From positions 620,001 through 684,000 of the forward strand of contig JAYWIR010000047.1 in assembly GCA_036172245.1 (NCBI GenBank): DNA of 64,000 nucleotides, read 5' to 3'. The DNA comes from Raillietiella orientalis. Its lineage: Eukaryota. Shown one piece after another: positions 1 through 12,014 of the stretch. The first letter of the stretch is position 1. Each line of letters opens with the position of its first letter. The notes under the pieces were generated by a model. That model saw nothing but the letters and a program-made list of their open reading frames with translations. It was not told the origin of the DNA and ran no database searches. A program made the translations under genes and the position numbers.

Positions 1-236
1 GACATTCTTCGTCTTTGTACCGGGGATTTCATTTTGCCACCCATCGCGTCACATTCCATGCTTCTCATCTCATCGTTCCAATCAGCAGCCTTAACGATCC
101 TCGATAAGGTTCTTCTTGATATCTCTTTTGATCTTTCCAACCCCTTCCTCTTCTTTCGAAAGGGGACGACTTTGTGTTGCTTACGAGATTTACGATCTTT
201 CAAAACCCTTCGATAAGAAATTTTCTTCTTCGCATC
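1..236 (-). CDS. Candidate coding exon of an unknown basic protein, running off the left edge
   Basis: After a tcctttag acceptor (238-237) the minus frame stays open to base 1: DAKKKISYRRVLKDRKSRKQHKVVPFRKKRKGLERSKEISRRTLSRIVKAADWNDEMRSMEC... No recognised homology. Confidence 0.25.
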
Positions 237-1408
237 CTAAAGGATACAGCAGCCTTCCCGTCTCTGTGCCGTCGTCTTCGCACCGCACGCAACCCCTATG
301 TCGATGTGCTGACCAGGGGCCGCTGGAAACTACTGGAATCCGGAAATCGGCTCGAAAAACTGTTGCGAATTTCCACGACCGCCCGCCTATCACAGAACTC
401 GGCATTGCGTAGTGGACCTGTCCACCTGAAATCACCCGGACAGCCACTCGGGTGATCCGGAGGGGGGTTGCCGGGAAACGCTGAATCTGGAGCCGTCTTC
501 TGGCGGCGGCGAAGTGGATTTTGACATCTTCAGAACGTGAGGGATTTAACCACACTTCCTGTTCGAGTGCTCTCTGCCAACCTCTCCGGTAAGCGATGAG
601 GGACGGAGGAAAGAACGCCACCGAGGGTGGTCGGCGGCAAACGAACACCAAGAGAGCCGCATGAAAAAAGAACAAATTGATGTCTCTAGCTACTGACCTC
701 AGCATCGAGCAGAGTGGCACAGAGTGGAAGCGCGCCGGGCTCATAACCCAGAGGTCCACGTATCGAAACCACGCTCCACTAGTGCCCTTTTTCTTTCACA
801 GCGTCATTTTAATCGCGCCAACTCACGACGAGAGAATTTTCAGCGTTGCTGCTTCCCAAGCCGCGCGAGAAGGGATCGAGGGACCGCAATTTGGGGTTCC
901 GGAGGAGCTCTCTGCAGAAAGTGACGTTTTACACCAGGAAAAAACGGGAACAGTACGGTGGGAATGACGCTTTGGTTTACAAAAAGGGGAAGACTTGTGC
1001 TAGCACAGCTCTTCCCTCCTACCACTTCACATGCTCCGGCATCTTACTTTACTAATGGGGTGGCTCCGAGCCAAGCATTGTATTTTGGATAGAAAAAACG
1101 GGATTTAAAAATCCTAATTAGGATTAATTAACAAAAAAAGGGGAGGTGGGGGGTAGAGAGCGCACACGAAAATATCGAAATGGTTTCTTTGATGCATCAA
1201 CTTCTGACAGGCTTCACCATCACACGGGGGAAGGCATAGATCGGATTCTATCTCCCTCGAAAACCGAGGCAGTCCGTGAATTCAAGAAACAACCGCAGCT
1301 CAGCGCAGATCTCTCATCAGTCTTACAAATTTCATCCATTGCAAAAAGTCCGACCCGTGACTAACGCAAGTCCCAGAAAGTTGCTAGCAAAGGAGAAACT
1401 TCAATTAC

Positions 1409-1410
<2 letters not shown>

Positions 1411-1440
<30 letters not shown>
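1411..1440. repeat. (GA)15 microsatellite
   Basis: Read directly from the sequence. Confidence 0.95.
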
Positions 1441-1441
<1 letters not shown>

Positions 1442-1680
1442 GCACGGTAGCAATTCTGATTCACGAAGATGGTTTGCAACCCGGAGAACCGTCTTTTTTC
1501 TTCTTCCTCCTCAAAACCCAGAAAAAAAAAAAAAAAAAAAACGGAATACTGCATCCTTGGGAGAGCCGAAATGAAGGTGTACAGGTTGATCATGGATATA
1601 CACAGACGAAATACACCCGACATGTAAACATCAAAGCTCGCGAGGGGGGAAAACAGCAACCCGGAACCAAACGGACCGGA

Positions 1681-1707
1681 AGCAGCAGCAGCAGCAGCAG
1701 CAGCAGC
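1681..1707. repeat. (AGC)9 trinucleotide microsatellite
   Basis: Read directly from the sequence. Confidence 0.95.
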
Positions 1708-4351
1708 AGTCCTTCTCCACCGAGCGAGTTTGGATTCCGAGTGGCGTGCCACAGCCTTCGTCTTTGCTGAACTCGTGCACGCCGCACTGTGGTCAAGTCA
1801 CGTCTCCATGATTTGGTTTGCCGACTGCCAATTGAATGGTGACAGCGATCGGGGAAGATCTCAATGACCGATAATCTTTCTGGATGTGGATTTGAAAAAG
1901 CACCGAGTGGAACCAGACTAAGTTGTGCTCTGTAAAGGGCACTACGCGGGCAATGATATTAAGATGAAGTAACCTTCATTTTTCTCGTGCATCAGAGCAA
2001 GAATTGAAAAGAGAAAAGACCGACAAAAACGAAGGGACTACTAATCTGAAATATGGTCTCACTCCGCGTCAAAGGCTAAAAAAACGTTTCCATGGGATTA
2101 TCCTGAATGCTCAATTCGTACAAATTCAGTCCACTTTGTACGCTACACGATCCTTAATTTGAGCTAAAATTTTAGCGTTCGACCGAAACGAGATGAAGAA
2201 TCTATACTAGTACTAGTCGATGGAATCGGATCTCATGTGTACGTGGCCTAAGCCATTGCCAGAATATTCGCGTTGACTTAACCGTACTATCTCCCCCCCC
2301 CCCTCCGTTCCCCTTTTTTTTTTTTTTTTAGAAATGGTTAGTTTTCGCACATTCCCCTCCTGCATCCTGTCTCAGAGACTGTTTCGGTCTCAGTTTCTCT
2401 CCAGCTAATTATCAATCGCTATTAGCTACTTCGTTTTCAAGAGCGACTACTGCATTTAAAAGCGTTGGCAAGGGTAGTTTTGGACCACTTTTGAGTATAT
2501 CCGCCAGTTTCTGATCACTGAATTACAACATATATCTTCTCTTGAAGATTTAGAAGGTGCAGCGCGGAAAGGCATAAAGATGTAATGAACCACACGTTTC
2601 TACCTTGCCGCACTGCAATGTAAACATATATTTCCATGTCTGGGACGCTGCTTGGATTTTCTGAAAAACTAACCAGAGATGAGAAAAAAGCAATGGGGAA
2701 AAATCATTTATTTTATGGCGCATCGTGCAAAATTTTTCCCACAGTATGCATCCATTTGGCAACCCAAGACAAGGCTTCATTACAGATTTCTCTTTTGCAA
2801 ATTCATTTACTGAAGCATTTTCGAATTACTGAATACGTAGTGCTGTCTCACAATTTTTTCGCTCAGGAAATGAAGAGCAATTCATGTAATTGCCACATTC
2901 CATCTCCCAAAGATCAACAAGGGAATTCAAAGGGTGTAGTAAATTATAAAGTCCTTTCAAAGACGCTGGAGTAAAGTTGCAGTTTTCTGTTTACAAACAA
3001 ATGACCAATCTTCCCAAGATAGTCACGTGGAGAAGTACTGGTTCGACTTAACGACTGCTAATCATGCGATTCTGTAGATGAATGCTGATGCTGCTGAGCA
3101 ACAGTAATGCTCCCAGCTATTTGCGAATCACCTGAGACTTTTCCCTCCGTGGTAGCGCCACAAGCATGGCAATCTGACGAGTTTATTCACTCACGACCAA
3201 ATCGATTTGATGTTTTAGTGATACAGAATTTAAGAGGTATCGAATCCTTTGACATTTTAATTCTCTTTCCTCTGTACTGCCATATGAAATTTGTCCATAT
3301 AGAACAGAAACGAAAAAAACGCCATGACATACATAAAGGAGCAAATAAGACAACTGGTAAACACAAATATAAAAAGAAAAAACAAAAACGTGCCAAAAGA
3401 AATTACTAAATCAATAACACACAAAAACAAAACGAGGAGGCGATGAAACTCCGTACCCTGAATGATGACTGCCAAAATTGAAAATGAAAATCAACAAAGA
3501 AAAAAATAATTCAAAAATGAAAGTTTGTACATTAAGCAGTGACGTTTCCCATTGGGATCATGGGGGAAGCACTGCTTCTCAACGCGGCTCCTCGAGCAAT
3601 CTTAATCGAACCATCCTTTTCATTTAGGACGAGAAACTTCAAACCGTCTCGCAATGGTGTGATCTCTTAGGGCAGTGGTGAACCTTTGCCAGCCTGCTTA
3701 TTGATTGAAGGAGTCACAATCCTTTTGCTGCTCCCCCATCGGTGTGAGCTGATCTGGATGAGGTCCAACGAGGTACTAGACACAATGACTGGCGCGCATT
3801 ACGCTCGTTTACGACAGCAAGCAGCATCCGATAAATGTTTCAACACGCTGCTATTTCACAAATTTCTGAATGAGTACGCGTTCTCTGGGAATAATATAGC
3901 CGAAGGTTCCACGCAAGCCTTCAGTTTGTGCGCACAAAGAAAAAAAAACCTGCGTTGAAATTCCAAAGATGGATTTCTGCTTTCGCCCCTTTAATTGAAA
4001 CCATCAGCTGCTCATCGCCAACTTACATTTGAAAACCGAGGAGGCTACGAGCCAACGGGGTTTTCATTTTGCGTTCCCGTCGCAAAAGAATACGTCCATC
4101 GTACCGTGTCGATGGTTACGATCCGGATTAAAATAGGTAAGCCGTGGGCAGTAACTACGAAACGTAAACGGCTAGGATTTACTGCGAGAATTCGGATGAG
4201 ACTCTTAAAGCTTAGCACATGGCACAAACTGTCGGCAAAACTCCGAAATCATTCTGTGATGTTCATAACAGATATCTTAAAAGGAGAACTCGTGAAACTA
4301 TCAGCCACCATTCACCACGATAAATCAAATGCTTTTCCGCCCATCGCTTAC

Positions 4352-4660
4352 CTTACGTTTTGTGTCTTCGAACGGCAAAGCCAGCCAAGGCATTTGAGAA
4401 AAATACTCGTCGAATTCTTGCTTCTTCTGATCGAAGGACACGAATATAATCTCCAGTTTGGGAGCCAATCGGTTCAGATTGTAATAAAACTCTCGAAGAA
4501 TTGGTGTAAACGATCGATCCGTCTGGCACCAGTAACAAGTGAAATAAAATCCTAGAACCTCGTCCTGAATCTCTTTCAGGAATGCATCGCTATGCTTCCT
4601 TTCTTCCCGATGCAGAGAAAGATCTCCTTTCAGCAATTTGTGCAACATTTCACAAACCAT
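4352..4660 (-). CDS. NXN: Nucleoredoxin-like protein, first coding exon (thioredoxin/tryparedoxin-like domain); remaining exons not found in the window
   Basis: ATG at 4660 gives 103 codons ending AAG|gtaagc. It encodes GFYFTCYWCQTDRSFTPILREFY...LEIIFVSFDQKKQEFDEYFSQMPWLALPFEDTKRK, matching the nucleoredoxin motifs LEIVFVS-D and MPWLALP. Confidence 0.75.
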
Positions 4661-5253
4661 TGCCAATTTTTTACTGTGCCGAACTGGGTACACGCCGGAC
4701 TGGAACAAACACACGTCTGCCTGGTGGCACGTGTATCGTTTGGAAGATGACAGGAACCTCGTGAAGCATCTGACGGAGGTCTGTCTGTACCACAACGGAG
4801 TACCGACAAACTGCCACGAGAAAGGGGGGGGGGGAGGTGGCGGCCCTGGGAACCACCGAACATCCAGAGAACGTCCAGGAAATGGTAACGTGAATTCAGT
4901 CGTTTGGAAGCATATCTGTACTGGTGTTCGACACGAACGGACTCTGAAAATAGCTTCCCCACAAAACATAATAGGAAAAGTATATAGAGAACCCCTTAAC
5001 AAATGCCGTGATTTTCCCACTTCGTGTACAGGCGTCGAGAACTGTTTGAGGATGCCTTTTCCCATTTGGTGTCGGTGGGAAGTATGTGTTGCATGTTTTT
5101 TTTGTTTTTTTTTTTCCCCCTCTAACAAATTTTCAGACAACAGACCCCGATTTCTGTTAGTTGTTTTGGGATTTTTTGATGCTCGTAATCTCAAAGTGAT
5201 AACGAGTGCATTTGTGTTTTAGAATCTTTGAACGATCTCCAAAGCAGTTACAA
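4661..5253. promoter_or_regulatory. Probable bidirectional promoter and 5' UTR region between NXN-like (-) and ValRS (+)
   Basis: Divergent ATGs ~600 bp apart. CpGs are retained here but largely lost in the ValRS body. Two candidate ValRS 5' UTR mini-introns: 5082-5136 and 5185-5222. Confidence 0.4.
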
Positions 5254-8200
5254 ATGCTGACTGAAATAACCGAATTGTTAAAACAGAAAACTGTTCAGGA
5301 AAAACATCTTCAACTTATCAACGAGTATTTCAAGTGGCATAGTTATGTTGCCGAGAATATATTTTCAGAAAAAGATAAAGATCTGTTTGACCTGTTGCAA
5401 CAGTTTCAGAGTATACTTTGTGAAGAAGAGTTTATACATGCATGCAGATGGTATCGTCACATTCAATACATAATGTCTGAAAGTTCCAAAAAAGAAAGCG
5501 CAATGAAGAAAATAGAGAAAGATAGAAAGAAAAAGGAAAAATTGGAAAAGTTTGAAAAAAAGATTCAAAAGAACATGGAAACATCAACCAAGCAAGAGGT
5601 ATGCCTTGATAGTTGTAATGTGTGAATGAATAATATGTGTTTTGTTCAGAAAAAAGTAACCATCATATCAAAAAAATGTACTTCATCAGATCTTGAAAGT
5701 TGCAAACCTAGTAAACTTGGTGAGAAAAAGAACACCCAGTGTATTTTCCCAGAATCATATGACCCTAAATATGTAGAATCTTATTGGGATGACTGGTGGC
5801 AAAGTCAAGGATTTTTCAAGCCTGAGTATTTTGTAAGATAAACTTACTTGAAATTATGCGTTTTTATTTGTTGATTCAGAAACAATCTCTTGCAGAATTA
5901 GCAACTACAGAAAATAAGTTTGTTATGGTTATTCCACCCCCAAATGTCACTGGTAGTTTGCATCTGGGTCATGCTCTCACCAATGCTGTTGAAGATGCTT
6001 TTGTGCGATGGTGAGTTGCATGTAGGTTGCTTGCACGTTGATTTTCCTAGGAATCGTATGAAAGGAAAAGCAACTCTTTGGGTACCAGGCTGTGACCATG
6101 CAGGGATTGCCACACAAGTTGTTGTAGAAAAGGAACTTTGGAGAAAGCATAAAATAACACGTCATGAGCTTGGTAGACAAGAATTTGTGAAAAAAGTATG
6201 GGAATGGAAGCAGGAGTAAGGTAAACAAAAAAACAGATAACATACTTTAGGGTCACACTAGGAAAGGGGAAAAAATTTATAAGCAGTTAAGATTGCTTGG
6301 TTCTTCTTTGGATTGGGATCGAGCTCGTTTCACAATGGAACCAGCTATGTGCAGAGCTGTAACTGAAGCCTTTGTGAGATTGCATGAAGAAGGAGACATT
6401 TATAGATCTACTCGATTAGTGCATTGGTCTTGTGCCCTGAAATCCAGCATATCAGATATAGAAGTTGAAAAGCTGGAAGTGACTGGTCCTACCATGATCA
6501 GAGTGCCAAATTACAGTGACACTGTGGAAGTGGGTGTACTCACTTTCTTTGCATACCCAGTTGAAGGAGGTGGCGAAATTGTAGTAGCTACTACTAGACC
6601 AGAAACCATGTTAGGTGATGTGGCAATAGGGGTGCATCCAGCCGATCATCGCTATTCTTCTTTTCACAATAAGTTTGCAATACACCCATTTGCAGACAGA
6701 CGATTGCCTGTTGTTTGTGATGAATTTGTGGATCGAGAATTTGGCACAGGTAAATAGCAGCTTGGTAACTGTGATGCTAAAATCAGGATTAGGAGCAGTT
6801 AAAATTACTCCTGCTCATGACCCCAATGATTATGACGTAGGACAAAGACACAAACTACCAACCATTACTATTTTCTCTGATGATGGCACAATATGTGGGG
6901 AAGCAGGACAGTTTGTGGTAGGATAAAGGGTCCAATGATGTTCAGAAATTCAGGCTGGGTAATGTTAGGGAATGAAAAGATTCGAAGCTCGGAAAGCAAT
7001 CATAGAAGCTCTTCAAAGAAAACAATTGCACAGAGGAAGTCAAGCTCATTCTATGGTTATTCCACTTTGTAGCCGTTCCAAAGATATCATTGAACCCCTG
7101 ATCAAGCCTCAATGGTGAGTCATCTGGGGATATCAGGTGTGCATGTAGTGTAGGTATGTTTCTTGCAAAGGTATGGCAGAGAAGGCAGCCCAAGCTGTTG
7201 ACGATGGTCAGTTAACAATTGTCCCAGAAATCCATCGCAAAACTTGGTGCACATGGATGGCCAACATCCGGGACTGGTGCATATCCCGACAGTTGTGGTG
7301 GGGTCATCAAATTCCAGCTTATTTTGTTCATCTGAAAGATCAAAATATAAACGAGGAGCAGGTCGGATCTCATCTGGTCTTTATTTCTGGATAATTCATT
7401 TTATAGAAGCTCAGCAATGAATATTGGGTGAGTGGTCGCACAGAACAGGAAGCTCTTCTTAAAGCTGCTGAGCGCTTCAAGGTACCAGAAACTGATATTC
7501 AGCTGGAACGAGATCCAGATGTGTTGGATACATGGTTTTCATCAGCTCTTTTCCCATTTTCCGTATTTGGTTGGCCTGATGAGGTATGGAATAAAAAATG
7601 TGCTTGGTCATGTCTGTGTTTAGACAGAAGCATTGTATGCCTTTTATCCTACAAGCATGCTGGAGACAGGACATGATATCCTATTTTTTTGGGTAGCTCG
7701 TATGGTATTTTTAGGACAAAGATTGATGAAAAAGCTTCCTTTCAAGTATAGTATTTTAGAATTTTTAGCCAAAGATTTGTTTTGTTTTCTACAGCAAAGT
7801 GTACCTGCATGCAATGGTGAGGGATGCACATGGACGTAAAATGAGCAAGTCATTAGGGAATGTCATTGATCCACTGGATGTAATTAAAGGGATTGCTCTT
7901 GAGGTCAGCTGATTCTTGTGTTTTGATGTTTTATGCCTAAAGACAATAGGAACTTCACAAACAACTGGAAACAGGCAATCTAGATGTAAAAGAGATATGC
8001 AAGGCCAAAGAAGTACAGAAAAGGGACTTTCCTAATGGCATTCCTGAATGTGGAGCTGATGCTTTACGTTTTGCCCTTTGTGCTTATACTACCCAAGGGA
8101 GAGATATCAATTTAGACATTTTGCGTGTGCAAGGATACCGATTTTTTTGCAACAAAATTTGGAATGCTGTGCGTTTTGTATTGCAGAATTTGGATAAAGA

Positions 8201-9263
8201 TTTTGTACTCAATTCTGCCTACAAGGTGAATTGGGCTGATAATAGTAGTAAATACTTAATTCACATCAGCCAATAGATATAATGGAAAGATGGATTCTCA
8301 GTAGGCTAAATGCAGCTGTAACTGCATCTAATGAAGGATTTGCTTCTTATGACCTTCCACAAGTTACCACAGCATGTCATCATTTTTGGCTTTATGACTT
8401 TTGTGATGTGTTTGTAGAATGCAGCAAGTCTCTGCTGCATAGTACAACAGCCATTCAAAGAGCAAATGTTCAGCAATCATTGTTCATATGTGTAGACACA
8501 GCCTTGCGATTGATTGCCCCTTTTATGCCTTTTCTTACAGAAGAATTGTATCAAAGATTGCCTGTACAATCTGCTCCTAGCATTTGCATTTGTCATTACC
8601 CCGTTTCAATCCAGGTTGGTTAAATGGAAAATCAAAAAACTAGATTATTTGTCTTTTTGTAGTGTAGCATTAGGGATCATGAAGTGGAAAAAAATTTCGA
8701 GTTTGTCCAACAACTCATTAAAATAGTGCGTGCTCTTCGTAATGAATATAATCTGCCAGCACGCACCAAGCTGAATGGTATGAAATCTTTTGTTCCTGCT
8801 AATTATTTCCTTAAGCATATATTTTATGTGATGATGTAACCACGGCAAAATGGCTGACAGGGTATTTTCATACAATCAGTACACTGACCAATTGTATTGT
8901 TCATGATATGAATGAACAGCCTCCTCCTGGGTGTTCCATCTTGCCAGTAAGCACATCATGCCAAATACATATCCTTCTTCAGGTGAGCACCATTTGACAA
9001 GCACACCATTTCACTTTCTTGTGATGCAGGGAATTATTGATCCACATAAAGAACTAGAGAAACTGATACATAAACAGAAAAAGTTAGAGGAGCAAATTGT
9101 GTTGTTGAAGTCGCAAAAAGATGCAGTTAATCAACAGGCAGTACCAAAATCTGTTAGTGAAGCAGTATCAGAGAAGTTAAATCAGAAAAATTATGAACTG
9201 ATGAAGGTGCAAGCTTCATGCACTGCTCTTAGGGCTGCCTTCCCTTCATTGCATGATAATTAA
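5254..9263 (+). CDS. VARS1: Valyl-tRNA synthetase, cytosolic type, 16 coding exons, with N-terminal GST-like extension
   Basis: Class I motifs [13 protein letters not shown] and KMSKS, plus [45 protein letters not shown] and DVLDTWFSS. The frame is restored by 15 GT-AG introns: 5599-5649, 5833-5879, 6011-6050, 6216-6261, 6750-6792, 6918-6968, 7115-7153, 7362-7406, 7584-7623, 7746-7794, 7904-7949, 8226-8269, 8615-8662, 8778-8815, 8983-9029. AATAAA overlaps the stop (9263-9268). The start codon is my best guess. Confidence 0.97.
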
Positions 9264-12014
9264 ATAAACAAATACCCCAACCATGGCCATAATTTACAAA
9301 AGGAAAACTTTAAAAACGTGTTAATGCTCCGACATTCATTTGTGAATTCCATTTATAGTAAAATTCTTAAACTTCATTCAGAAAGTTCGATGCTTCAGAA
9401 TGCTCACTGCTGTTCATTAGGCATTTCATTTAGATTTTAGCAGAATGCATTAGCTACCTCAGTCCCACAAACATGGTTTATTAAGTAACAATATATCCTA
9501 GTGTTATTTCGAAATTCAGTGCTTACAATATTTTTCAGATATATGACCATATCAAATTATAGCTAAATTGTAAGTTGTGGACACAATTTTCAATAAGCTA
9601 ACATGTAAGATTAGCAGTTGCCAGATTTCGATATGAACAGCCTTTTTATTCCATTTGGATATTATAATGATGTGGTTCCCAGTAACCACATTCTTTTCCT
9701 CCCCTCAATCACATAATCATGTACCATCAGCCATCTTTCCCATCTTAGCCTTGCTCCAATTCTCCTGCCAGCCTAGAATCCCATGACATACAGTTCTCCA
9801 ATCAAGAATGCCAAACAATTCTAGTTACATGTGAAGCAAAATTCGTCTCCATTGATCGCATCATGGAATTAGTGAAAGATTAGTGAAAGGAACACCTGTT
9901 CCTAGAAGAAACTAGGAACTTCTATCTATATTAATTCCCTCAAGTTCCATTTACAGTCCTGTATTAACCTGTTCTCAGCTTTGCACTGTTTGCAAATAAT
10001 GTGAGGTTTTCCATAAGAATAATGGTATTTGGTTGCTAAATGAATGGTCACCCAGTGAGCAGGTACTCTGGAATTTTCAAAGAAATACTTGCATATTGCA
10101 TTGAAAGTATTCTTGTGAATTGCAAATATTTTTATCCAATTTTTTAGGAAGGTAACTGCAACCAGTATGCATTGTTGTCTACCTAGTTTCAATTTTGAAT
10201 GCTGCAGCAAAATGAATAACATTCAGGTCGAGAATGTTTTGGTCTCCATGAAATGGTCAGCTGCAATGTGTGAAAAATGAGAATGCAAAAAATGTAACAG
10301 CTAGGTATCAAACAACTGAATGAAGCATTTGCAATTAATATTCGCCATATGGTTGTATGGCTATTTGCATGAGCATGCAGTGCAGATTACAAAACAAATG
10401 TAAAACCCTTTAATGAATGATTCCTAATAAAATCTGTTTGCAAATTCGTCATTCACCTTTTGATTACCAAACTGTAATTCCTGAGCATGAAGAGCTGTTA
10501 TATGGATTTTTGAATGATTGCTTTGCATTTTAATGAGTCATACAGATTTGTGGCTTTGAAAACCTACTTACAAAAATTTCACCAGTTACAAAATAGCTTG
10601 CTGTTTACATACTTTGTTAAATCTGCTTAATTGAGAGGCAAATAATAGTTTTTCAAATCCATTCATTCTCCAATTCAATTGAAAACTAGTTACAAAGGTT
10701 TAGAGCCAAGAAAAAGGGAATCAAGAAAAAGACAATAAAACAAACACATAAGCAAACATCATGTTGGGTTAACGTGAAAGGAATTTTTTTTAAAACTCCT
10801 CATGTATATGCCTTTTTGGAATGTCAATTAATGCCAGGAAGATTGTCAGAATGATGCTAAAAAATGAGGTAGTTGATGCTTTTTCCTAAAATCATATCTT
10901 GTGAATCTCGTGCAAAAAATTCGTTAAGCAAATAACAGAAACATTGTTTTTTCTTTACTACTTCACATCCCTCAGTTACAACTAGCGCTTCATGTATGCA
11001 CAACATTAATTCTTGCGTTGGCAACATAGCTACTGGATGTCCATGGGAGAAACTTATCAATACTATACAAAATACCTCATAGAGTCTTAACAGTGATGCA
11101 AAAATATCTATAAAAACATGCACAGAATAACCCAAAACGAACCCATGTCACAATCATACCTATCAGTTTGATCCACTTGAGCATCCTCATTTTGAATAAA
11201 CATTAACTATTTTGTACGGATCATCTATAATCAAACAAACCTCCTCGGAATCATGATATACGCAAATGGAATCATAATTCCCGCTATAACTTATGTAGTT
11301 ATCTTGCATGCAAAATTAATTTTCTTACAGTGAAGTGCTTGATGCTGATAGCAAACTTGACCAAACAAAAACCAATTAATGCAGAAAAAATTCAATTTTT
11401 ATTTTTTCATGACAATGAACTGACAAAAGTAACATAATAAAGCATAAAGAATGTTAACTGCATATGGAAAGATCAAACACACCAAGGGATTCGGCACTTG
11501 ACGATCAGTTATCTACTTTATGAAACAAAAACTGCAGTGAAATAACCTTTAACATTTCACTATCGACTACCCCACTATGTTAATTTAATGCCTCTCTTTT
11601 ATACTCTGTTAAACTACCAGCAACCAAAACATTTTATTTTCAGTATACAGAGCTTACAACAAGTATACATATATCTTGGGAATTTCATTGAGCAGCACAA
11701 GGGAACCCACATACATTAGATTAGAGTCTGCAGTGGACTGATTTGCAGTATGCCAGTGGCATGCTGCACAATAAGTAAACCCTCATAAGTGCATGTGACC
11801 AAAATGCTTTGAAATTACGACTGCAAAGTATCGCTGGATATAAATCTTGATAGTGAATAAGAATTCACACAAGAATCCATGTCCTTAAATCAGTACATTA
11901 ATTGATGATCTATGAAACAGGCATATATTCTAGTGAGACTGTCATGGATAAACGTAAATGTGACAATCAGGAATCAGAAATGGAACATGACGTCATAATG
12001 GCCAAAGAAACAAA

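Noticed and set aside
3535..3670. Minus-strand peptides IARRFEVS, LVLNEKDGSI and HDPNGKR resembling nucleoredoxin exon 2
   Set aside because: They need frame changes to join, lack the GIP and FPW motifs, and have no good acceptor. Probably chance; exon 2 likely lies outside the window.
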